Source: Myxococcota bacterium
Lineage (GTDB): Bacteria > Myxococcota_A > UBA9160 > SZUA-336
NCBI GenBank assembly: GCA_965247115.1
Contig: CBDFGR010000003.1
Location: 960,001 to 1,024,000, forward strand
Direction: 5' to 3'
Length of the DNA stretch: 64,000 nt
The notes beneath the pieces are model-generated. The model was not told the origin of the DNA. It ran no database searches and was given only the letters and a program-made list of their open reading frames with translations. Both the position numbers and the translations under genes were made by a program. This document shows, piece after piece, positions 19,202 to 28,119 of this stretch. The stretch's first letter is position 1. Each line of letters starts with the position of its first letter.

Positions 19202-22200
19202 CTATACGATACCCTGACTAGTGAGAATCCCGGCGGGCATCGCGGTCAAGTAGACCGAAGCGAGGGTCGCACCAGCGTTCGGGTTCGAGCCCCAGGAGGA
19301 AGAAGACGAGGAGGAGGAAGACGAGGAGGAGGACCCCGCGCGCCAAAGACTAACCCCGCTCGAGCTAGGGCTAGTCGTGGTGGAAGTGGTAGTCGTAGTG
19401 CCACTGGGAGTGGTATTGGTATTGGTACTTGTCGAGGTAGAAACGGCGAAGCGAGTGAAAGAGCCCGTGCTCCACACGACCGCCGCCGTCGAAGATGAGC
19501 TCAGCCAATAGATAGAAGACGAGGAGGACGCCGATGCGCTCGTGACGGAAAGTCCTCCCGGGCCAATCACAGGTGATCCAGTGCCTACGAGCACAATCTC
19601 GTCGTCGGCACCGAGGTTTCCCGCGGACGTCCAGGTATTTGGTTGGGATAGCATTGCCGAGTCGCTGGGCACGCGAATGTAGATTGTGTAGGAGACGCCT
19701 GCGTCGAAGATGCGATTCGAATGGCTGCTCGACACGCCGGTCACCAGGTCGAAGATCACAATCGAGGTATCTACCTCCGTGGTGAAGTTCAAAGTCGTAG
19801 TATCGGCTATGCCCGGATAGCTGTTGCCCGCTATATCGGTGATCGCCCCGCCATCCACCTGAACCGCGTAGTTACTGCCGTAGTTCGCGAGATCGCTGCT
19901 CGGATTGACGGTTACCGTGTTGGTGGAGACCGACAGTTGCCCCCCGGGGCTGCTCACATCGATGGTCTGGGTATCGGATCCATCCGATACCACGATATCG
20001 CCCGAGCTACCCAGCACCACACTTTCACTAAACGAGAGGACTACATCGGAATCGACCGCTACCACGGTTGCGTCGTCGGTAGGCGTAGATGAGGACAGGG
20101 TCGGGGCGGTCATGTCTGTGACAATCCCCGCTACGTTGCTGGCGGCGCTGCTCGCGTTGCCCGCCACATCGGTCTGTCGCACCTGGACATCACCGATCGC
20201 GTAGGTAGTATCGTCCGCCAGCTCGAAGCTCGTGCCACTACCGGTGGTCCAGGTACTGCCACCATCGAGGCTGTATTCCCAGGTCGCCCCGAACTCGAGG
20301 CCGTTCACGTTGACCGTGGCATCGCTCGTGATCCCATCACTGCTGGAGCTGCCCGTGTCTGTCGCCAGGGAGAAGCTGGGCGCCGACGGGCCGGCCATGT
20401 CCGTGGTCCACGTCGCTGCGTTGCTAGCCGGGTTGCTGGCGTTGCCCGCCCCATCGGTCTGACGCACGCGGACATCACCCGTCGCGTAAGCGGTATCGTT
20501 CGCCAGCTCGAAGCTCGTGCCACCACCGGTGGTCCACGTGCTGCCACCATCGAGGCTGTATTCCCAAGTCGCTCCAGGCTCGAGGCCATTCACGTTGACC
20601 GTGGCATCGCTCGTGATGCCATCGCTGCCGGAGCTCCCGGTGTCCGCGGCCAAGGAAAGGCTCGGTGTCATCGCGGTCATGTCTGTGGTGATCACCGCCG
20701 CATTACCAGCCGCGCTGCTCGTGTTGCCCGCCACGTCCGTCTGGCGCACCCCAACGTCACCGATCGCGTAGGCGGTATTGTCCGCCAGCTCGAAGCTCGT
20801 GCCGCTACCGGCGTTCCAGCTGCTGCCACCATCGAGACTGTATTCCCAGGTCGCGCCTGTCTCGAGGCCGCTCACGTTTATCGTGGCATCGCTCGTGATG
20901 CCATCACTGCTGGAGCTCCCCGTATCCGTGGCCAAGGATAAGGTCGGGGACGCAGGGACCACGCCATCCACGGTAATCACGACCGCGGAGCTGGTCTCTC
21001 CTTCACCGACTTTGGATCTCACCGCCACTTCTCCATCACCCGCGGCTGCGATCACGCTGCCCGGAACAGTGATTCCCGCGATGCCCCCACTACCAATGTC
21101 CCCCACGTCCAGCGTTACGGTGTGCGCTTGATCCCCCCAGAAGATCGTCACGCTGTCACCCGCTTGAGCGTTCGACACGTTGACGAGCACCCCGGCCGCG
21201 GCTTCCGCGGCATCGATGCCGTCCGCAGCGGCGGGTATTCCAACCCATTGCAACGGGACATCGCCCAAATTCGCTTCGCCGGAGTTCGCACCCGCCTCGA
21301 AGGCAGCTACTCCGTCGGCCAGGAGCTGAACCGCATCCTGGGCCAGGGCCAATTCCCCACCCCCTTCGTCACTGAGGGCGGCTTCCAGTTGGTCCAGCGT
21401 TGCATCGATGCTGCCCGTGATGCTGTCGGCGCCCGAGAGGGTGGCGAGCACGCCGCCGTACTGCTCTCCGGGGCTCACACCATCCGTGCTGTCGTAGTTG
21501 TCGGCAACGACAGTAACCACTGGGGCAAGGATGTCGTCGACACCGAACAGATCCCCTATCTGGTCGTTCACCGCGACATCGGCTTCCGTTACCACGTTGC
21601 CTGTAATCCCCGCTTGGCGCGCGGCCAGCTCCGTCAGTGGGGTAATGCTAATCGCGAGATCCGTGGTCCCATCGGCGATCGCCATCGCGCGCAGGGCTCC
21701 CCGAGACTCACCAGGGTATTTGTCGCTTCATCCAAGTAGTCGCCGGTGGGACCATTGACGTCGATCACTCGGGCCAGAAGCGGTCCCTGATAGCCGCTAC
21801 TAACGGTCAACACATAGGGGCCTGTCGAGAAGTCATGCTCAGCGCTGGCTAGCAGGTTCCCATCGCTGTCAAACACTTCGACCCTTGCCGTGCCCAGGAA
21901 GGAGCCCGATACAGCCGCGAGGGCCACGCTGTAGCCAAACGCTCCACTCCCGCCACCCACGCCCTGGGCGACGCCAACAGCCGCTCCACCCCCACCGATC
22001 GCCAGCGCGTCCTGCCAATCCCAGCTCCCGCTCCCGACATCGGAAGCTTCAGCCCCAACGGGCTCGCTGTCGGCGCTGGCTCCCGCCGCACCGGGGTCAG
22101 CGCTGCGAATCGCCATCCCTTCGGCGGGAGCCAACGAGCCATCCATGCTAAACGTGACATCTTCTTCGCCGTAGAAGTCGTCGATGTGGACGACGGCCTC

Positions 22201-22389
22201 CTGATCCACCGCAACTTCGAGGTCATCGTCCTTGCGCTCGAGACCCAGGCCTTCCGGGGGCTCCTGAGTGCCTTCATCGATCAGCGTATAGGTCGCCCCA
22301 CCCTCCGCTCGGATCGTGTGCAGCTCGGACAGCGGGACATCACTCACATTGCCATCGCGAAACGTGACGCGAAAAATCAGCTCCGACAT
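19202..22389 (-). pseudogene. Large acidic Ig-repeat adhesin (BapA/LapA-like T1SS cargo) interrupted by a 1-nt frameshift near 21695; about 1062 aa if joined
   Basis: ORFs 21634-22389 and 19202-21685 join as SLG(G/E)(A/P)LRAMAIADG if one base is added in GGGG/CCC. AGGAG RBS before ATG 22389, BapA-prefix-like N-terminus, Ig-like repeats, Ser/Thr tail. Confidence 0.8.
20107..20960 (-). repeat. Three tandem ~282-285 bp repeats encoding bacterial Ig-like domains (outer edges approximate)
   Basis: Marker ctgtattccc at 20271, 20556 and 20838. Unit: SLATDTGSSSSDGITSDAT.NV.GLE.GATWEYSLDGGS.W..G.GTSFELA...Y..GDV.VRQTD.AGN.S. Confidence 0.92.
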
Positions 22390-22676
22390 GTCTCGCACTC
22401 CTACCTGAATCTCGAGCGGTCGCCGTCGATCGGGAGGGAGATCGGATTCATCACTGCCCTACGCTTCGCGCTCTGCCCCAATTGCCTCGCGTTGGACCCA
22501 GTGAACGACCAGGGACCGAGTCCTTCGTACACCCCGCTATCGTCCACGCCCTCGGCTGCGCCATCCCCCAGACGGATACACAAAGGTGAGTAGCGTCCAG
22601 CGATCAAGTCCAACGAGTTCGCGCATGGCATCACGATCGGATCGACTCAATCGAAACTGAATGAAACTCCGATCGG

Positions 22677-22714
22677 GGTGTTTCTCCCTCATAAAATCGA
22701 GGGGAAATAACACC
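22677..22714. promoter_or_regulatory. AT-rich inverted repeat upstream of the adhesin operon (operator or terminator)
   Basis: GGTGTTTCTCCCTC-ATAAAATC-GAGGGGAAATAACACC. Confidence 0.35.
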
Positions 22715-22800
22715 TAATTTTGGGGCGTTTCGACGGAGTGGCGGGCTAGAGTGGGCGAATGAGTTGTACTCGCCGGAGGGCGCAGAAGTGCTTGCTGTAG

Positions 22801-23598
22801 GCAGCGGCTGGCATGAGGTTTCCCCTGCGCAGCCTGGTCATGTTGCCTCTGTATGACCGACGGCATGTGGTTGGCGAACCAATGCGCAACCAGCTCTTCC
22901 CTGGACGTCGTGGGCCTGCGCTTGATGAGATACATCATCTTGGCCCCGGCGATGACTTTTGGAGGTTCAGGAGAGGACGTTTCGGGCTCTACCATCGACA
23001 TAGACCTCAGAAGCTGTGGATCGAGAGGACAAGCATCGCGACACTCTTCGACGCGAACCAGAAGGGCGAACATCTCTGGGACGGCATCGCACCGTTGTGG
23101 TGGGACAAACCGCTGCCCAAGCCCAGGGCGCCAATCGGCGCGAAGCCGTCGGACAGCTTCCAGGAGAAAGCCGAGCCGTACGTTCCCTGGGCGTCGAGTG
23201 AATACATCGTGATGAACGGCTCAGAGAATCTCAGGGTGGAACCTCTGACCCTGAATGCTCCCTTCCCCTGCACGCGGTCAGGCTTCTACAAAGTGACCTA
23301 CCTGGTGAAGGCCGTGGACGGCGCCGACTTCGCTCAGTTCTACACGCATTGGTTGAACACACACGTGCCCAACGTAAGGTCGACGATGGAGGAGGTAGGA
23401 GGGTTCAGGTACGTAGTGAGCCACAGCATCGATCCAAAGGCCGAGCCCTATGCAGGGCTCGCAGAGCTGTACTTCCATGACGAGACCGGCTGGGCTCGGT
23501 ACCGCCAAGCCATCAAGCCAGACGGTATGGAGAAATGGGTAGATCGAGAGGGCACCCTTGCACTGGGCGGGAGAACGGAAATGATTGGGCTCCCCTGA
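22801..23598 (+). pseudogene. EthD-domain protein whose 5' end (22801-23034) is inverted
   Basis: Minus strand 23001-22801 encodes KMMYLIKRR..TSREE...HW...H.P (first EthD repeat start). Plus strand 23035-23598 encodes IATLFD...WDGIA.LWW and a second repeat (FYTHWLNTHVP...YAGLAELYF). Confidence 0.8.
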
Positions 23599-23631
23599 AC
23601 CCCAGCATCGACGCGATTCGGATCTCCGAGA

Positions 23632-24039
23632 TCATCCCCGCTGCATAAACCGCTGCTGTACGTCCTCCGGGAGAGGGACACGATGCCCGGTTTCCACGTC
23701 GAGCCAGACCCAGCTGTGCGTGATCGTCGCTATGGTCCGACCATCAGAGGCCGACCTCACCGCAAACGCCTGCTCGAATCCACTGGCGGCTGCTTTCGTA
23801 GTGCGGACCCCGATCGTGGCGCCCTCCTCCCACCGGAGCGGCGATCGGTACCGGGCCTCGGTGGAGACCTGAACCGCGACAACATGACCGGGCTTGGAGA
23901 CAGCGCAATGCTCCTCGAAAGCCGCGTAGGCCAGCTCGGTTAGGGCAAGCAGAGTGCCGGCGTGGACGTAGCCTGTCGCCGAAAACGTATCCGTGTGGCG
24001 GGTCGGGAATGAGATTTCGAAAAGCTTCGCTGCGCCCAC
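23632..24039 (-). CDS. Acyl-CoA thioesterase (4HBT hotdog fold)
   Basis: R..DT..TGYVH, ARYRSPLR, WVWLD..T....PLP; AGGAG RBS. Confidence 0.8.
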   Translation of the reverse strand: MGAAKLFEISFPTRHTDTFSATGYVHAGTLLALTELAYAAFEEHCAVSKPGHVVAVQVSTEARYRSPLRWEEGATIGVRTTKAAASGFEQAFAVRSASDGRTIATITHSWVWLDVETGHRVPLPEDVQQRFMQRG

Positions 24040-24100
24040 TCCTTGCTCCTCCCGGCAGTGCGGAGTGTACCATCATGGATATTGACAGGGAGCCGATGAA

Positions 24101-24943
24101 ATGAACTCACCTCGCCAGCAGGTCGCGGTAGTGATTGGGGCGACATCCAAATGGCAAGCAGATGGTCGCAACACCAAGCTTGCCCACGGTAAGGAGCTTG
24201 ACGACAGCGACATGGCAGTGGGCGCGCGCTGGGGTATCGGCGGCGCCGTGGCGCAGAAATTTGCAAAGGAGGGCTTCCTCGTTGTGCTTACGACCCGGAG
24301 CGCCTCCAACGCGGCTCCTTTGGAGAGTGCAATTCAAGAGCAAGGCGGAGATTGCATGATCGTTGAGCTGGACCTGGTGTCGGAGGAATCGATATCAGGG
24401 GCGTTCGCCACCATCCGAAGCGAAGTTGGTGACGCGGATGTGTTGGTTTACAACGCTGGCTACCTGGAGGGACGTGAACTTCCGCCCGAGAAGGAGCTGC
24501 TTGAACACATCCCCGTCGAGATGTTCGAGACGGCGCAGCATATCGCAAGTCGTGGACCGTTCCTGGTCGCGAAAGAGGTGTTGCCGGCAATGCGTGCGAG
24601 GGGCGAGGGCTCGTTCCTGATCTCCAACAATTCGGCTTCGCTGCGTGGGCGCAAGAGAATGACCGGACAGTCGCTGTACTATCCCAGGGTCATGATGCGC
24701 ACGCTAGCGCAGGTGCTCACAGAGGAGTATTCCGAGCATGGTGTGCACGTGGCCAACGTCGTGATAGACGGCCTCATCGACTCTCCAGGCACGAGAGCGC
24801 TGCCGTTGGCACAGCAGAGGCCTGAAGTGGTGATGAATCCCGTCAAGATCGCGGAAGCGTTCTTCTATCTACACACACAGGACAAGTCCTGTTGGACGCA
24901 CGAGCTGCAACTGACCCCATTCCCGACCAAGCCGACCTACTGA
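24101..24943 (+). CDS. Short-chain dehydrogenase/reductase
   Basis: GIGGAVAQKFAKEG, VLVYNAG, GVHVANVVIDG.ID. Confidence 0.88.
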   Translation: MNSPRQQVAVVIGATSKWQADGRNTKLAHGKELDDSDMAVGARWGIGGAVAQKFAKEGFLVVLTTRSASNAAPLESAIQEQGGDCMIVELDLVSEESISGAFATIRSEVGDADVLVYNAGYLEGRELPPEKELLEHIPVEMFETAQHIASRGPFLVAKEVLPAMRARGEGSFLISNNSASLRGRKRMTGQSLYYPRVMMRTLAQVLTEEYSEHGVHVANVVIDGLIDSPGTRALPLAQQRPEVVMNPVKIAEAFFYLHTQDKSCWTHELQLTPFPTKPTY

Positions 24944-25112
24944 GGCGTCCGCGGCAAGCTGTAGGGCAAGGGTAGTGCGTCGGGACTGCTAGAAGGCGAA
25001 GAAGGGCCATCGATAGGGTTGGCCCATGGTCAGCGCGCCGACATCCTCGTATCGGTCGGAGGAGACGTTGCCGCGGCGAGGGCGTTGGCCAGGGAGTAGC
25101 CCGGGAGCAAAC

Positions 25113-25346
25113 ATGTTGACTGAAGTCTTTGGTACCGTTGCCGTCGCTGCGATGGCGCTCTTCTACTCGCTGGAGCACCGCTCCCATGGCTACGTCCTCG
25201 GCTTCTCCGCGTCCTGTGGGGCAGCTGCCGCGTATGCGGTGCTGATCGCGGCCTGGCCGTTTGCAGTGATCGAGTCGATCTGGTCGGTCATAGCGCTGCG
25301 CCGCTGGCTGAAACGCAGGGCAGCCCCAACGCGGGTTGTTGATTGA
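25113..25346 (+). CDS. Small multi-pass membrane protein (77 aa)
   Basis: GGAG RBS; about three hydrophobic segments, ending AWPFAVIESIWSVIALRRW. Confidence 0.7.
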   Translation: MLTEVFGTVAVAAMALFYSLEHRSHGYVLGFSASCGAAAAYAVLIAAWPFAVIESIWSVIALRRWLKRRAAPTRVVD

Positions 25347-25385
25347 GCTAGGAGAGCGACCAGGCACCCCTTCGAAAGGCTACTC

Positions 25386-26240
25386 ATGTCCTCCCAGTCG
25401 ACGCTCAACACCGGCTCTGTCGGATCCCTCTGGCGGTACGCTGTCAAATCCATGAGGGGCGAGGAGTTGGATGAAGCCCTCGTGAATGACGGCGGCATCT
25501 TCGGAGATCGGGCTTACGCCGTGATCGATCCGTCCAACGGGAGGGTCGCCAGCGCGAAGCTTCCGCGTAAGTGGAGCAAGCTCGTCGATCTGAGTGCCAG
25601 CCTGGAGAAGCCACGAAGATCCGGTGACCAGGTACCCCCGGTGCGCATCACCTGGCCGGACGGCGCCAGCATTACTAGCAACGACGAAGATGCCGGTACT
25701 CTGCTCTCCGAGCATCTGGGCCGCCCGGTCGTTCTAGCTTCATCACCTCCAGAGTCCGCCAGCGTCGAGCGTCTGGATCCGTTTGAGACAGATGAAACGA
25801 TCTCGGATATCGGCCCGCTCATGATGAGGGGTAGATTTTCTGATTACGCCGCCGTTCACCTGCTAACCACGGCTACGCTCGAGCGACTTGGCGAACTCTA
25901 TCCGCAGGGAAGATTTGACGTACGGCGCTTTCGCCCCAACGTGGTCGTTGAGACGACTCTGACGGAGAAGGGCTTCGTCGAGAATGCCTGGGTGGGACGG
26001 ACAGTCGCTGTCGGTGACGAAGTTCGCCTGCGGATCACCGATCCGACCCCGCGTTGTGCGATCCCGACGCTGGCACAGGGAGACCTTCCTAGAGATCCGG
26101 GAATCCTGCGGGCAATCGCCGAGCACAATCGGGTTGGTATTCCCGTGCTTGAGGGGGAAGTCTTGCCCAGTGCGGGCGTCTACGCTTTTGTCGTCCAGGG
26201 CGGAACAATACGCAGAGGTGATCCAGTTCGCGTTGAGTAA
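25386..26240 (+). CDS. MOSC-domain protein
   Basis: LWRYAVKSMRGE, GDRAYA, RRFRPNVV, PRCAIPT. Confidence 0.92.
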   Translation: MSSQSTLNTGSVGSLWRYAVKSMRGEELDEALVNDGGIFGDRAYAVIDPSNGRVASAKLPRKWSKLVDLSASLEKPRRSGDQVPPVRITWPDGASITSNDEDAGTLLSEHLGRPVVLASSPPESASVERLDPFETDETISDIGPLMMRGRFSDYAAVHLLTTATLERLGELYPQGRFDVRRFRPNVVVETTLTEKGFVENAWVGRTVAVGDEVRLRITDPTPRCAIPTLAQGDLPRDPGILRAIAEHNRVGIPVLEGEVLPSAGVYAFVVQGGTIRRGDPVRVE

Positions 26241-26293
26241 ACAGTCGTTCAGCTCTCGCGCTTCGCCTCACTTCCTGAACGAGGATCGATGCT

Positions 26294-26692
26294 ATGAACC
26301 GAATCGAACGCGTCGTCATTCACCACTCCGCTTCGGGTCGTTCGACTACGTTCGCGCAGATCCGTCGCTGGCACGTCGAGCGCGGCTTCTCGGACATCGG
26401 CTACCACTTTGTGGTCCTGGCTAGCGGACGAATACGCCAGGGCAGGCCGCTACCGGTCACTGGGGCTCACGCGCGAGGCAAGAACTCGACATCGATCGGG
26501 ATATGCGCTGTGGGAGACAATACTCGGGCCGATCGGCGCTGGACGCCGGCACAGGAAGAGGCGCTAGCCGAACTCGTCGCAGCCTGTCAGCTCCTTTGGC
26601 CGGGCATAGAGGTCTGCGGGCACCGCGACGTGATGGCGCCGGGTCACACCGAGTGTCCGGGGTTGGATGCCCAGGAGCTGCTCTCCGCCTAG
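26294..26692 (+). CDS. N-acetylmuramoyl-L-alanine amidase, T7-lysozyme/PGRP (Amidase_2) type
   Basis: IHHSA, DIGYHF, GR....GAHARGKN..SIGIC, GHRD, TECPG (His/His/Cys Zn ligands and catalytic Tyr present). Confidence 0.92.
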   Translation: MNRIERVVIHHSASGRSTTFAQIRRWHVERGFSDIGYHFVVLASGRIRQGRPLPVTGAHARGKNSTSIGICAVGDNTRADRRWTPAQEEALAELVAACQLLWPGIEVCGHRDVMAPGHTECPGLDAQELLSA

Positions 26693-26776
26693 AGACGCGT
26701 AATCACAAGTCCTCGCGGTCCGCATCCCTCCGCTATGCTTACAGAACACAGATGCCCTGGTCTTAGGAGTCCTACA

Positions 26777-27178
26777 GTGAAGATCGTCAAGCTCATCGCA
26801 ATCCTGTTCGTCGTTTACGCAGGAGTCGTCGTTGTCTTTGAGTCCTTGCTCGGTTACTTCCAGCCAGCCGATTCGAGCTCGATTGTCATCACCACCACAG
26901 ATCAGGATGGCAATACAAACGATAGAGTCCTGACTCGTCTTGAAAGTAATGGCCAGCTCTACGTCGCAGCAAACCACTGGCCACGGGACTGGTACAACCG
27001 AGCGTTAGAGAATTCGGAAGTGCAAGTCACAATGGACGGTGAGGAGGGCGCGTATCTTGCCGTACCTGTCACCGATGAAGAACACGATCACGTCAATTCC
27101 GAAAGACCCTTGGGCATCGTGATTCGACTCTTGACGGGGTTTCCGCCGAGATACTTCGTTCGGCTCGACCCTCGTTAA
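26777..27178 (+). CDS. Membrane-anchored nitroreductase/deazaflavin-like split-barrel protein
   Basis: AGGAG RBS, GTG start, TM helix, LYVAANHW.R.WY.RA..N.EV, FVRLDP. Confidence 0.55.
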   Translation: MKIVKLIAILFVVYAGVVVVFESLLGYFQPADSSSIVITTTDQDGNTNDRVLTRLESNGQLYVAANHWPRDWYNRALENSEVQVTMDGEEGAYLAVPVTDEEHDHVNSERPLGIVIRLLTGFPPRYFVRLDPR

Positions 27179-27182
27179 ACAC

Positions 27183-27830
27183 GTGAAGCGAAGCTGGATT
27201 CCTGTGATTGTCGCGGGGATGTTCTTTGGGCTGGCGCTCCGAAGTACTGCATCCGATGGTCAGTCGTGGTTCGAAGACGCGCTCACAATCAACGTTGGGA
27301 ATACGTGGCAGCTCAAAGCCACGCACGAACTGCGTTTTGGTAAGACCAGCTACGATGAGACGCTACTCCAGAACATCTCGGTAGGCCTGGTGCGGAAGCT
27401 CCCCTGGGACTTTTCGATCGGGATTCTCTACAAACGAGAGAAAGAACGAACACCGCAGGGGTCCCGTATTGAGGACCGCTACATCGCTGACGTCAGCTGG
27501 GCGACAGATGTTGCCAGGAGAGCGAGCTTCGATACACGGTTCCTGACGGAGGTGCGCACCTTCCGGCGCGGCGCCGCCAACGATGTAGTACGGTTCCGTC
27601 TACGAATGCGCATTCGCGCCCGCGCTCCAGTGGGCGTGCTGCGAATGAGGCCCTTTGTGTGGACCGAATTGTTCACCGGGCAAGACCAGCCGCTTCGGAA
27701 TCGCTTCTCTGCAGGTATCGTGTTCCATGTCACCCCTCACGTCGGCGTCGTGCTGAGCTACATCCGGCAGGACACGCGGGGGCGCGAGGCCCTCAACATC
27801 GCTAACACCGGAATTGAGCTGACGTTCTGA
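27183..27830 (+). CDS. Outer-membrane beta-barrel (DUF2490-like)
   Basis: Signal peptide, alternating amphipathic strands, RFRLRMRI, C-terminal Phe. Confidence 0.7.
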   Translation: MKRSWIPVIVAGMFFGLALRSTASDGQSWFEDALTINVGNTWQLKATHELRFGKTSYDETLLQNISVGLVRKLPWDFSIGILYKREKERTPQGSRIEDRYIADVSWATDVARRASFDTRFLTEVRTFRRGAANDVVRFRLRMRIRARAPVGVLRMRPFVWTELFTGQDQPLRNRFSAGIVFHVTPHVGVVLSYIRQDTRGREALNIANTGIELTF

Positions 27831-27929
27831 GCGCCGGAACATAATTCTGGGTAGAGCGGGAGCGGTTAACCGGGCGCGCGGGCAAACCACGTTCCTTCGG
27901 AGCAGCGAGCTCGGGGCGGCGTTTGTCTC

Positions 27930-28094
27930 CTACACCGAAGCGGCGTGTAATTTCGGCCGCCGGTCCGCCCACGGCCGTACCTCTTCCAACTGAGCCGCCA
28001 CCCGGAGCAGAGTCGATTCATCGCCAAAGCGTCCCGCGAATTGTACCCCCACCGGCAGGCCATCCGCGGTCCAGTGCAGCGGTAGCGAAGTCAC
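27930..28094 (-). pseudogene. C-terminal remnant of an amidase-signature enzyme
   Basis: [40 protein letters not shown]; catalytic N-terminal region absent. Confidence 0.8.
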
Positions 28095-28119
28095 GGACCG
28101 CCTCCTCTCGGGATCCTGA

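Noticed and set aside
20107..20960. Repeats as a possible CRISPR array or mobile element
   Set aside because: In-frame ~95-codon protein repeats with no spacers and no cas genes. No CRISPR array was seen anywhere in the window.
22813..23034. First 74 aa of the 261-aa plus-strand ORF (MRFPLRS...)
   Set aside because: It is the antisense of the inverted true N-terminus; composition is not protein-like and there is no RBS.
25113..25346. Small membrane protein as a holin for the amidase
   Set aside because: Separated from it by a MOSC gene, with no dual-start or phage context.
27860..27930. GGCAAACC as the start of a c-di-GMP-I riboswitch
   Set aside because: Downstream conserved elements (GACGCAAAG, tetraloop receptor) are absent, and it lies between convergent gene ends.
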